A stretch of DNA of 64,000 nt from Raillietiella orientalis (lineage: Eukaryota), in assembly GCA_036172245.1 (NCBI GenBank), contig JAYWIR010000011.1, positions 3,720,001 to 3,784,000 on the forward strand. The letters are read 5' to 3'. The notes beneath the pieces are model-generated. The model ran no database searches. It was not told the origin of the DNA and worked only from the letters and a program-made list of their open reading frames with translations. This document shows positions 13,331 through 25,600 of this stretch, piece after piece; the stretch's first letter is position 1; every line of letters begins with the position of its first letter. A program made the translations under genes and the position numbers.

Positions 13331-15727
13331 CCTTCGTGCGGAGCGCGTTTTTCTCATGAGCGGCGTTCCGCAAATCTATCTGTCTCTAGGGCACGTAAAG
13401 TATCTATTTTGAATAGAGGTTCCAGCGTGACTGGCTTATAACAGCGGCGAAGCTGGAGAGGATGGAAAATGGAGGGAAGCTATGGAAGATCGTGTTCTCT
13501 GGGTTCCCTTTCTGTGATTTAAGATCCTCTAGCGTGAAAGGAACATGATTGCAGACCAGACTACTTCTTTGAAGCCACCAGATTTGAATTGTCTCGTTAT
13601 TTGTGAAAGATTTCCAGCTGCACTTTGCTCCATAAGGCTGGAAATCGAAAAGACAAGTGCAATTTCAGAGAGAGCTTTTGTTCGAGGCTCTTTCTGGCTC
13701 TCGAATGACCAATGGTGTTTTTCCATCACTCCACGATCTGAAAAAGATGTGCCGATGAGCTGTGCATTTCATGCCTGCATGTCTGTACGGTTTTTCCGTT
13801 TGGAGCCTTCCAAAGGAACCAACTTCGGTTGGTTCCTTTGGAAGGACAGCCGAGCAGACGGGCAACACTTCTCTGGGGTCTCTGAAGGCAAGGTACGTGT
13901 TTTGAACACGCGAGTTTTTCCGGTTTGTCTCCATGGGCAGCGTCATCGCCTGCTTCGGATTCGTGGCATGTCCGGGAAAAGAGAAAATCTTCGCTTTCGC
14001 CTCGTTGCGATGTGGAGGCCGGCGAAAGGAAATAATGCGAAGAGACAGTGGTCAACCGAGTGGAGGTGCTCGAAGAAAGTGAAGCTTTCGCTCACTTCAT
14101 CGGAAAAACAGCTGAAATTTTCTTCGAGCCTAGGAAAGTTCGCCTTTATCATTAGGAGATTGCGTGGAACGATGCGGCTTTGAAAAGAGCAGATGAATTT
14201 CAGTCAGGTAGCAAAAGACGAGCCGGGAAAACTTCTTGAGCAAGGGAGAACTAACTTTGAAGCTGACAGATCAGATGTGATGTTCCCGACTGGCAGTCTC
14301 ATTTAAATGAGGAACCTTGCACTCTTAGGAATCCCTTCTCCGGATACCGTCCCAGGTCCTGCATTCTTCCCTTTAGTGCGTCAAATCGAGTTATTTTTCA
14401 CACCCGAATTGTCCAGATTCGTTTCACTGATTCGATTTCTAGGAAGATTGTAGAGCTGATTGCTGGTTTCATGAGACGGACGGTTCCTCTGACGCCGTTT
14501 CATACACTGATTTTGAGGAGGGGGTTTCGTGAACGCAGCCTCACGTTGATTGGGTGCAGATCAGCGGATCAGCCGGGAACAAACATTTTCTCACCAGGGA
14601 ACTCGCGGAGAAATGAATGGACTCCCGGATGAGCGAAGTCGAATTAAAAGTTGCGCGCTTGTGGAGTACCGAGACGGGGGACAGCCACGGAGAAAGCAGC
14701 CCCAGCTTGCAGCTGAGCCTCGACGAGAAGCTGCTTAAATTCGGGATGGGTTCTTTTCCTGCTTTCCCAGGACCCCTGGAGTGGGGTGGGAGGAGCCTGA
14801 TGGAAGTTTCGGTAATGCAGAATAGCAGATTAATCTTTTCGCTAACCTAAATTTTTTAATTTCGTTAAACACAAGTTTGCTCTGCGCGGCCTTCCTCGCT
14901 GATCTCTCCATCGGCTCTTGAGCAGCCCCCGCCATCGCACTTGCCTTTGCCGGAACCACGTGGCCCCATAGACATCCCAGGAAACCGCCCCACAGACTCC
15001 TCGGTGAGCTGTCAAGCTGACGCTTGCAGTATCACCTCCGCTCGCTCCGGTGCGTGGTGTTTGCCTTTTTCCGGCAGCAGACACAATTTGCTACGATACG
15101 CAGCTCCCACTTCATAGATTCATCCCATCCATTAATTAAATCTGGAGGGAGTCGTAGGGGCTTCTCATATTTGGGGGAAAATCTGCATCTCGGATGGCAG
15201 GTGAGCGGGGGCTACCGAAAGCTGATGCGACACGGCCTGAAAGTTCTCCCGTGGATTCTTTTGGATGCTTCCTTGGACGGAGGCTGGTTCTATGAATTGA
15301 GCATCCATCCACTCCAGAGACACGAACCGAAGGAAGGAGGAGGGAAGTTTCAAGAGAAAAGAATTTCCAGGAGCAAGGATTTGGAGCCAGTCGGATGGAA
15401 AGAACGATGAAAGATTCCCGCTTGCATTGCTTGCGCAACTGTACCCGAGGGGGTCATCTGTTGCAATTGCTCATGAAGGTGTAAGCAAATGGGGAGGATT
15501 TGGGATTTTTCACCCGGCCATGCACGGAAGTTTATTCAGAAACAAAAAGGAACAACCAAGCTGGGAATGTGGCTCCCGAAGGAGAGCAGGTTTAAGGGGA
15601 GGGTCCACCGACACACAGGAAGGTAAGGTAAAGTAAGGTAACCGCTTTCTGATGGAAGGGAGATCGCTGGAAGGTAAGTGGTCCAGAATGAATGGGCGGA
15701 GACAATAAATAAACTAAAGACAGAGGG

Positions 15728-16010
15728 CATGCTTGGCTATGGATAGCTCATAGATTAGTGTCCTCAAAGAGGTCGACCAAATAGACTTCACTAGCTAGCT
15801 TCTTGCAGGGACAGCAATTCCGAGCTTTGAAAGAGCAAATCCATTTTGAACTCACAAGCTGTTTCGCCAAGCGCTGGAAAGGTAACTTGAGGATCAGCAG
15901 CTCGGTGCTCTTCTGGTAACGACGAGTCTCTCGCAAGGCAACAGTGCCTGGTCGGTGACGATGAGGCCTCTTAACATCTCCTAAAGCTGGAGCACTCTTG
16001 CCAACTGTTT
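15728..16010 (-). pseudogene. H3: Histone H3 pseudogene (5'-truncated, frameshifted, internal stops)
   Basis: Minus strand reads KQLA/(TKAAR deleted)[44 protein letters not shown]..fs..[38 protein letters not shown], i.e. H3 residues ~18-116. Confidence 0.95.
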
Positions 16011-16119
16011 TCTCAGAGTCTTACCTTCTAGCAACGTATGAGGTGTCTTGCTGCATTGCAGCTACAAGGAAACTTTTGGGCGCATGGGCAACTAGGCAAC
16101 TGACAAACGCTGCTGCTCC

Positions 16120-16760
16120 GAGTGTCCCACCCAAAGGAATTTGCTGGGGAGGGCTGCTGGGAATTCCTCGAGAATCCCTGGTTTGGCCCCAACAACACTC
16201 TCCCCTTCAAGTGGCAGGAGTTGGCGTTGCTGCTATTGTGTTGCGGAATCCCGTGCAAGCCGCACTTTCACTACCGGACCAGGGGGAGTGTGAGCGCAGT
16301 GTGTGACAAGTGCAGGGAGGGGGGGATCCTCTTGCACCTACTTGTCTGCTCTGCCCTATGACCCCTGCTATAACGCCTAACTATGGTCCTCTGAAACTCC
16401 AAGAGCAGTCCCAGAGACGTTGTCAAGTGTCTCTTCGTGCGGGATGCGCTGACACCAGCCCCGCACTTAGCAACCGCTTTCTGAATTCAGGGAATGGCGG
16501 TGGCGGCTTGGAAGCCGCGAGAAGAGACCACCCAGACAGAGGCGCTATTTTTCTGTATGGAACTCTTTCCAAAGATCTCAGAGAGATGGCCCCATCTGGG
16601 AGGCAACAAACGCCAACTTGTCAGCACCCCTCAGGGAATGGACGGGACATTGCGGGACAGACAGTGATCCCTTCCCAACCTCCTGCAACAAACAACTTTT
16701 TAACTTTTTTGCTTGTTCGTCTTCTGTTTTTCCCTATCCCTCGTTTCCCTGCATCCGATC
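16120..16760 (+). mobile_element. Decayed Tx1/L1-clade LINE 3' fragment (zf-RVT-like region plus T-rich 3' UTR)
   Basis: LPFKWQELALLLLCCGIPCKPHFHYRTRGSVSAVCDKCREGGILLHLLVC, then PRDVVKCLFVRDALTP; homologous to the 33.7-kb and 51.4-kb copies. Confidence 0.78.
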
Positions 16761-17289
16761 CCAAGTGGCAAGTGGAAGAGAGCTTTTTTTGTACGTGGTT
16801 TTCAACTAGCAATAATCGCGCCTCCCTTTTGTTCAGCGGCGGTGATACTGCCCGTGAGCAAGGTAGAACCAAGCGCTCTACCAAAAATATACATTTATTA
16901 TTTTGATGATGAATGCTGCGGAATACCTGGGTGAAAAACTACCAGTACTCTTGCGAGCAGTTTGCTTTGTGCGTGTCATACATTATCGAGAAGACATTTT
17001 TTTCAACCACTAAGAACAACCGCAACTTCGGAATCCTAGTCCTGGAACCTGCGTTTGATGCCTGGGATCTCCGCTCTCATTTCCTCTTCCAGGGAAGGTC
17101 TCCTAGCAGCCGTCCTCATGCATTGTGAGTGACCTCCCTCCGCTGCACCCGATACCACAGTGCACAACGGGGCTGCGACGATGATGCGGACGCAGCACGT
17201 CGTCGCAGTCGCGGCGCCTACAGTGACTATCGCGGAGAATCTCCGCAACTAGTCCTCGGCAGTGTCCTCAGCCTGCAGCAGTATTGAGG

Positions 17290-17580
17290 CCTACTCCCTC
17301 CAAAAGTTCCTGGAGGGCAATATGTTGTTGTAATTACCGCGGAGTCGGCCGCTCGCGAAGGATCGCCGCAGAAGGACGTGGACAGTACCTTTCTGATGCA
17401 AATGAGCTCAATGAGACCTCCGCAAACGTTTGCGGGAGCTCTGGGGGCGCCCCAATCCGAAAGCAGGTGCGGGAACGATTCGATCATCCTGCATCGGGAA
17501 AAGTTCGAGGATGCAGCTACCCTGGAAACGAAATGCCGGCTCCGATTGCACTGGATACCCCAAAGCAGAAGGGGTAGCAC
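17290..17580 (+). mobile_element. Possible start of a LINE AP-endonuclease domain (very decayed)
   Basis: AICCCNYRGVGRSRRI followed after a frameshift by DVDSTFLMQ...IILHR, loosely matching the APE start (xxNxRG...Dxx(F/L)LQE). Confidence 0.25.
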
Positions 17581-20500
17581 GCCCTGTTTCCAACGCAGGA
17601 GGAACACCGAAGTGTTTCACTCACAGGAAAGGGACTGCAAGTTCCTCAGGGACAGCACAGCAGTTCTTGTCACCGAAAGAGCCCCTTCGCGCGACAGCGA
17701 GGAGGGAGGGTATTCACCAGCTCATATGTCTTTCACCCTCCCAGGAGTTTGGTCTCTTCTTCAGTGGTTCAAAAGAACTCTCTTTGCTTCCCCTTAGGAC
17801 AGGGGGGTAGTGACCAGGCGAGATCACTCTGACCTGTTCTGCAGGACATTTTGCGATGAATGGCCCAAGAGACATCACAGGAAACGTAGTTCCTCTTGGG
17901 GCATTTCCAGCTTCGCAGCCCAGGACACAACCACCTCCTGCCTCCAGACCTTGAAGTAATTAAAGCGCCTTCTACCTCCAGGTATTGAAGTTCATTGGGA
18001 GTCAGAAGATCCATTGGTGGGCTTCCCAAAGCGAGGGAGCATTTGTGACCTTGAGGACAGAGCGCAAGAAGGAATCCCTAAAATTAATTGCATGAAGCGT
18101 CACATGGGTCTCTGGGGGATCCAGTTTCATGTGTGTTGCACTGTAAATAGCATGGATGAGTCTCAAGCTTCAAGATTGCAGACTTTCTTCTTCTTCTTGT
18201 TCAGGAACAGGGATGTACGCTTCGAATGAGGGAACTCTGCGCGGAGTGATGAAGCAGCTCAAGAAACGGAAACGTTGGAAAGATAAGCACGTGATTCTTT
18301 CTTCCGTGGACAACGGAAGATGCACTGACATTCCGGAAAGAAGTTTTCAACGTAAGGATACCCTCAAAATTTACTTGGGACACACCAGAAAACGAAAAGG
18401 GTCTCTCAGAACGAAGAGATTCAGTGTTAAATCTTCATCGGTATGTGCATAATTCTGAAGCTGATCAGGTGCTCCTCTACAAGAATAAGGTTTTCTTTCG
18501 AACAGGAGTGTCACCTAAAGTGCAGAGATCTTCTCGTGAGATGCTTTTAGAATACTTGCTGATTTACTGACAATTTTGAAAGAACAGCAAAGAGGGACAT
18601 TTGGAGAATGCGACTGTCTTTGATGTGCTCGGTCGATTCGGTCCAGAATGGCAAGTTCACATTCATTCCATTGCTGACGGTCCCTCACCCCTGCCTTAGA
18701 CTAGCTTCCCTCAGAATCTTGAGAGGATAGCTGTTGTTGCTTACAGGAACCAGGAAAAATTTGAGGCAGATGAAGATTTCACGGCTACTCGTTATGCTGA
18801 TGATGGTCTTCGCTGACCAGAAACCATCCATAATTAAAGGAAAACGCCAAAACCAGACAAAAATACAACTAATCGCTTCCAGAATCGATGAAATCACTCC
18901 ATTCTTCGAAAAAGGATCTTCTCATAGACCCTGGAATCTCTCACCCAGCGCAGTTCTAAGCCAAAGAGTCGTTCATGGGAGCCGCTGTTTTCAGTTTATC
19001 CATAACCGGTTATGACTGTTTTGTAAACAACCCCTCACACCACAAAAAAAGCAGCTGAGAATTCTACTCTGGATCAGCTTTCTAGAGTAATCTTGTTAAT
19101 ATTTTCTCATAAGAATTGCATGCATACTTGTAAAATCAGTTCTTAGCGACGGATTCTTCCTAGAGGCGATGTCATCGTGATGCTTCCAAGCAAAAGGATC
19201 CATTTTCAGTATCCTATGCAACCTGCAAAGAAGGAAAACGTTCAGTTCTATAATAAAAATGGGTGATGCTGAAATGTATCTGAAATTCATTATGAACAAC
19301 TCTTTATGTTTCGGTTTCTGGATTCTCTACATTCTATGCATTTCCGCATTCTTCACATTTCCTCACATTTCCCTATTTCGGATGAAAGCTGTGACCTCTC
19401 TGGGCTTCTCTGTCTCCTTGAAGCTCAGAGTGACCACCATGATCGCCATAGAACAGGTTGTGAGCCTTTGGATAAATAACCGTCCTTGTCAAAACTTGAC
19501 ACCTGCAGTTACGATCTTGGTGTTGGCGGGAGTGGGGACAAGTGCACACGACTTCTAGAAGAAGCCTTAGGCATGTTCAAGAGAACAACGATCTTTTCTA
19601 CTTTCCTACCAAGTCCTAGGAAACACGCACAGTATGCTTTCAAGAATACAAGGAATGTTCATTCGATGTGTTGGGAGTCCCTGGTTTACATTCGATGATG
19701 CAAGAGGGGAATGGTGTCCTCTTGGTGTTCTTGCTTAGTCCCACCGCAATTCCTGCCCTGCGGTCATTCCTCCTGTAACACCTTGGCTCCCTACAAACTG
19801 TGTTCTGAGACGTTCTTCCTACTTGATGGGGACTTTTCGCTGCAGTACTTCAATTGAAGGAAAAAGTGCTTCTATTCTTCGACGGCTGCACGTCGTCTCT
19901 TGTGTGCAGGTGCTGAGACTGATGTTTCGATTGCTCTTGGTTACCGAGGTTGCGCCGTCGCTAAGCGCAAAACATCATCGCTCATTTGATGAGTGTCACC
20001 GACAAACTGCGCAGCGTGACGTGATTCATCACCTTGGTCGTCGTTTTGGAATTTCTGGGCTTCCCAAATTCCGGAAGGCAAATTAGAAGGATTTGCTCGC
20101 TTGCCGAGGAAACGAAAACAAAGGACCAAAGTCATCAACGTGCTTAGCATTTGCTCCGTCGCTTTGTTCCTTTCTCTCAAAGGTCAACCCTCTAATTGAA
20201 ACAAAGTGTTCGTCGGTTCAGGTGACCTTTCTGTGTTCAAAACGCCTCTAACGCTACATGAAAACCACAGACTTCCTTCCGATAAATAGCGGGTTTCCTG
20301 CGCTCCTTAAAGATTTCTTGTTTACTGCTGCTTTGCAAAAACTACGCCGAAGCCATCATAAGAACCGTCTTGACGCTAGAATTTTGAAAGATGGCAATCT
20401 TCCTCGAGGATTATTTCATTAACTTGATTCAACCCCTGGGATGAGTTCGGTTGGTTTCCTTCCTTGCTTCCTTCCCAGGAGCCAAAGATGTCTCTCAAGT

Positions 20501-20859
20501 AACCGTAGGCTGCGACTCATGGAATGAGAATCGATAATCGAAAGCAACAGTTTGCTCCGTCTCCGTCAGAATGCATCTGGTCGGTTACCGTGGAATTTGG
20601 GAACTTTCGGCAAAACAAGTCTAGGCATTCCCGTTGCTCTGACAACCGCATTTGCACAGCCGCCTTGAGGAGGTGGACAGGAAGCTATCTTTTTTTATCA
20701 TAAGGATGCTTCTCGCGGTGAAGCGGTGGAAGGAGAAGTCTTTTTTTGTTCCTTCTTGCGCTGCACGTCAAACGGCCACTGCGACCTCGAACTCCAACGA
20801 AAGGACCGAAAGGGGATTGTGTCACTTCCATTCACGTTGAAATGTTAGTTGGGATGCTC

Positions 20860-21095
20860 ACCAATGTAAGGGATGAGTGCCTACCACCTTCTCATCCCAT
20901 CTGTTCACTTCTTCCTTTGACCTTTCAGAGGTTGTTTCATTACGAGAGATGGTCCAGCACGAATCCCTGGAATGCTCTTTGATAGAACACGTCATTTCCT
21001 TTCTGATGATGTCCTGGGCCTGTTTCTTGGAGATTTCACTTTTTGTCCTGCTCCTGATAGCCGATGCCTGCTCAAGCAGGAGGTCAAGCCTCATG
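20860..21095 (-). mobile_element. Possible RTE-like LINE C-terminal relic
   Basis: IRSRTK..., GH/IIRKE across a frameshift, and ..RWDEKV resemble the RTE C-terminal IRxRT..GHxxR..RWxD pattern; weak. Confidence 0.25.
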
Positions 21096-21109
21096 AATCA
21101 GTCGACAAT

Positions 21110-21390
21110 CTGGGGATCAAAGGTGTTCCCTGTGAAAAGGAGCACGTGTTCGCAACATTGAAAGCATACCATCTTGGTGTTCATAGCATAGCCGTCTTCT
21201 CCTTCGAGGATGACCCTCCATTTCGTATCATGGAGCTGGTTGATATCCCCTTGGAGAGCTGTCTCTTTAGAGTGTAAGAAGCACTCCTTAAAGAACCCCG
21301 AACGGTCTCTTCAAGGGAACAAACAAGGAGTCGTTACCTTGAGGGTTTCCTCCGTCGAAGAAATTCCCTGAGAGGATCCTTTCGAGGCAG
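21110..21390 (+). repeat. Internal fragment of the tRNA-headed SINE-like family
   Basis: cgtatcatggagctggttgatatccccttggagagctgtctctttagagtgtaagaagc matches 62817-62878 cgtaccatggagctggctgatacccctcggaggttgcctctgcagagtgttacagaagc. Confidence 0.7.
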
Positions 21391-23749
21391 AGCGACAGTG
21401 GTGCAACCCTCGTTTTGACAAGGGTATGTCATTCCGTCTTAGACTTGGAATTAGTTTTCAGGCTGTCTTTTTCCCCCTTGTTGCTGGAACAGGAACCAGC
21501 AGTCGCTGCTAAGAATTTCTTTTTGAAAGATGTCACGTGATTATCACAAAAGGTGCTTTCGTGATTATCGGCTTCCAAACGATGAATGTGCCTCAAGGTT
21601 CTCTGCATTGCGTTTCCCATTACGGATGTGATGGTTTTTGACACTCGTGCATTTCAAACCCGAGCTCTTGAAATTTCGGACGCCATTCAGGTTGAAAAGG
21701 AAAACCGTTAAACAGAAGACCTTCGGGAGCTTCACCTAAACGGGATGAGATTTCTTCTTGGCGTGCGTATATTTCGAGGCTGCGTTGCTTGATGATGGCG
21801 TGAGGTGAACTCTATATTCTCGGAATCCGATTCCCACGTCACGTTGACGCACCTCAACGACACTTTCTCAGGACTTTCAGTTCCGGAAGCGAGGAAGGGA
21901 AACGCCACTCGAAACCCTGGACCGCAGTCAGATCGGCTTGCCAGGGGCGACCTCAAGCGCAACTCTGAGATTGCAGGCACAGAACAGTGGGTTCACTTTT
22001 CGGAATCGGGCATCTTACTGAGATTCCCAGTTTCCCTTGAACATGAATTCAAGCAAAGTGTGGTGGTGGCAGGAGTGCGACTCACCACGAGCTTGTGGGA
22101 ATTGCAGGACCTAACGAGCACAAAACGGTCATTCGATTTGCGAGACAACTGAGAGTGCAGAACGACGTCCAGCGTTCCTGAAGAACTTTCAGTTGCCTTC
22201 CATTTACAAGCAATCTGCAGCTTTAAGACGGCAGTTTTGCAACGCTCCTCATCACTGAGAAGTGACCGCCTTGAGATTCAATGTGGTTTAAACTGAATGA
22301 AAAAAATATTCCATCTTCAAGTTGTCTTTCGAAACGGAGGCGATGGTGGCAGCATTGAGTGAATTTAGATAACGACTGCAAGACTAATTATCTTTTTTGA
22401 TATCGCTCGGCAAAATTTACTAATGATGCAAAAATTGTGGCGATGGAAATACGTGGTGGCGTAATGTCTGATTGGTCTATACTGTAATCTGCACTGAGCT
22501 AATTCGTGAACCGAGATATTCAAGTCAGGAGTTACCTCAGAAAACTGAAGATTTAACCGAGTTCCACAGTTATGCTGTTCGTATGAGCTTAATTCCTCCA
22601 GATCTTCAAGCACAGAATCCTTTCTTTGAATTGCAACTCCCCAAATCGAAGGCACTTTCTCCACTGCCGACCAACGAGAAAGCGAAAGGTGCTGTGGGTG
22701 CCACCAGGGCGAACACCGAGCCCTCTGATTTCACGAACTCTGCAACTGTGAACAGTCGCAAACTGACAGATGTGTTGCTGTTTTCAAAGAAATTGCGAGC
22801 TTTGGGACATTAAGGATTTGTGTGACGAGAGCAAGGGAAAGGTCAAAGCTTTGAGAGCAGAAGGATAAAACCTGTAGGATAAAATCTTGAACGTTACGTT
22901 CACGGTGGAATGATTCGGTCATCGACGTTGCCCACCTGAAGATGATGGCGATCGTTGCTCGGAATCTGGTGAGGATGTAGGAACTACCAACTAATTACTG
23001 TGAGTGGTCACTGGTGGATTGGCGCAGCAAGTGACCAATTCAAGTCAAGGATCTCCTTAATTTAGCCTTGAGCTTTTCGAGTGGAGTTCATCCGCTCCTT
23101 ACCTGGAAGCAGATGCTTTTGCCTTGTGATGTATCACACGCAGTGCACATATAATGAGTAAAAGAGTAGGTGTCAGTCCTAGAATGGCCACGCAGACCAC
23201 AAAGGCTTCACAAGTCCGCCATATGAGATGAAGTCGTCGTCTATGAAATCATCGTCTTTAATCTTCTGGTTCCTCAAACCAAAGTTGCATGTGGGTACGA
23301 GGAAGGATTCTTCATATTTAGGCCGCTAAGCAGGCCTTTCAGTTTACAATTCCTAGAGGACCAAGGACAAAATCCTATTTAGGGATAGGCACACCAACCA
23401 ATGCAAGCACCCGCTAGTATTTTATTTGGTATCATTTTTTCCTCATACATCATCTACTTAATAAAGAGACATGCCAACCTCTGGTTAGTTACCGAGGCCA
23501 AAAAATTCCCATGATCTATGTTTCCCCTGCTGTTTTTCACGTTAGTTCTGACTTTAGCTTGGATGTAGACATGAGAGTTCTTTAATCCCATGATGAGAGC
23601 GCGGGTATTGAGCATCAGTTCGATTTTCCTACATTTGGTCCCGTATCCTCAGAAGACTGCGCCAAAGAATAATTGGCATTGTCAGATTCCGTGCTCCAGA
23701 GAGAAGGAAAGAGGATAGATTAGGGGCAATTAGAATATTACCAACAAGA

Positions 23750-24790
23750 TGTGTGACTGGTTCCCACATGAAGTAGGTGAGCCACTCACGCAATTTAGAG
23801 ATGTCTCACGAACAGGAATTAATGGAACGATGAATGCCACACTATTTCCCGTGCTAATTTTTCCAGGACCATTTTTACAAAAGAGAGAAAAAGTGTTCCG
23901 GACAAACAAGCACGAACAACTCTGCTTTGCTAGGTTGATGCTGCGTCGTTGTTGCTGTTTTCTTTTTTTTTTTTTTTTCCCCTCTCTCTCTTCGAAAGTG
24001 ATCGCTCGGTTTGGAAGATGACATGGTCGTTCGCCGTTCGAAGATACAGGATGCAAGGGCTTTCCGTTCCACGTATCCTTGACGCTTTCAATGATTCGCA
24101 ACATCGCATATAGGAAACACGTGGATGTACTGTCACGTGCGTTCTGGACACTGAAAACACGGGATGGAGCCATCAGAATGAAAGTTCTAAGACCCGTCCT
24201 AATTCTCTGCAATCTCATAAAATGTAGCATGGATGATTCCAGCAGATTGGCTGAAGTTTTCTTACGGTCATTTGAAAACTTTTGAAACGTTCCCTCAGCG
24301 AATGAGCTTATGTGAAAAATCATGTGAAAATTATTCCATTAATGCGTCCACAGGGGTTAATTGCATCGGATACTCGTTATCTTACACAGTTGAACTTGAA
24401 CCGATTCGTGTTGTCGAGGCAGTTTCGGAGGAAGTGCATCACAGTGTCACATTTGCTGCTCTACCAGTTGCTTCTGTACTCACTAAGGTACACTGGTGGA
24501 TGTGGATTTGCCCCTTTACTGCTGGAATCCTCTAGATCGGAAGCTGTAAGTGTGCATTCGTGAAAAGACAAATTTAGTTGGCTCAGAGGTATCAACTATG
24601 CCTTCGTCACAACTCACAAAGCCGGTCGGAGCACACGGTGAGGTTTTCACAATGTTCAGTGGTGTTTCTTAGTAATTGGTTCACTGGAAACTCGACGACC
24701 ACACTCCTAACAGGCTTAGGGTGGAAGGTTCAACTGCAAAGCAACCTTAGGCAGCAGTTTTAAATAATGTATTTCAATCATGTTACCTAT
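23750..24790 (+). mobile_element. Very decayed CR1/L2-type LINE RT/thumb relic
   Basis: In order: VGEPLTQFRDVSRTGINGTMNATLFPVLIF (like G..S..V.SGVPQGS..P.LF), LLLYQLLLYSLRY..W..P, and STTTLLTGLGWKVQL (like SVT.ML..LGW..L). Confidence 0.35.
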
Positions 24791-25311
24791 GGAACAAAGC
24801 CGTGGAAGAGCAATGTAGAATTCAGCCGCCATTAAAAAGCAAAGGCAGTGTTGAGGAAAAAAGCTTCATCCTAGCTATGAAACCGATGGTTGCTAACGTG
24901 CGTTTACTCATTTGAGCTCGAGGTGACGGCAACTTTCAATAAGTGAAGTGCAAGGCCATGAACGCAATTCGCAGGGCCGAGAAACAAATAGAAAAAACCT
25001 CTTGCGGTTATTTTCACACAAAGGGAATCATTGAACAAAGACACGCTCTTAGCTAAAAACGGGATGATGAGGATGATCGAACGAAAGGAATGGAAGAGCG
25101 CTCATTCATTCCCGATATACGATTCCACGCAACACCGTAATCGAATACCATCTAGAAATGCATTTGTGCCTCACCATCTGCGAGGTGTACATCGTTACTA
25201 GGAAAGCGCACCCAAAAAGTGAAACTTCCAGGAGGTTGTGCTCCATCAAAAAGACAATTCCAACAAACTCGCATTCATTTGCTCGGGTTGTCTTTCGAGT
25301 CGGAGCAGCCT

Positions 25312-25600
25312 CTATTCGGAGAAGTTGGGCGATAAGGAATAGTGGGCAATCCTGGCCGCAGCATTTGGCCTGCTCAGCGACCTCGGGCAGCTGCAATGCT
25401 GTTCCAGCCGGATGACTCCTTCTGGAAACCTCGGGTCTTGCGTCTTGATCTCTCTCGGACTGGTGGTACGGATCAGCCAAAACAGAGCCGAACGGACGAA
25501 ACTTCGAGTGAATGTGCCGCCGCGAGCTTCGGATTCGGCACCGCACACGACCGGGAAGAAATCCCCAAAAACGAATATCCCGGTGCAAATCCATCCGCAT
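25312..25600 (-). mobile_element. Highly degenerate mariner-type transposase relic
   Basis: FVFGDFFPVV...GGTFT...REIKTQDPRFPEGVIRLEQH...AHYSLSPNF follows the mariner order VFWD..G..G.TI..REIK.KRP..GVILLHDN..HPPYSPDL. Confidence 0.4.

Noticed and set aside
13943..14152. piggyBac-like SVD..F.G motif
   Set aside because: Too weak; no KP.KYG motif or TTAA-flanked ends found.
23040..23460. Second NUMT (cytb- or cox3-like strings)
   Set aside because: Only scattered short resemblances (ASILFGIIFPH, NLALSFSS) that are not collinear.
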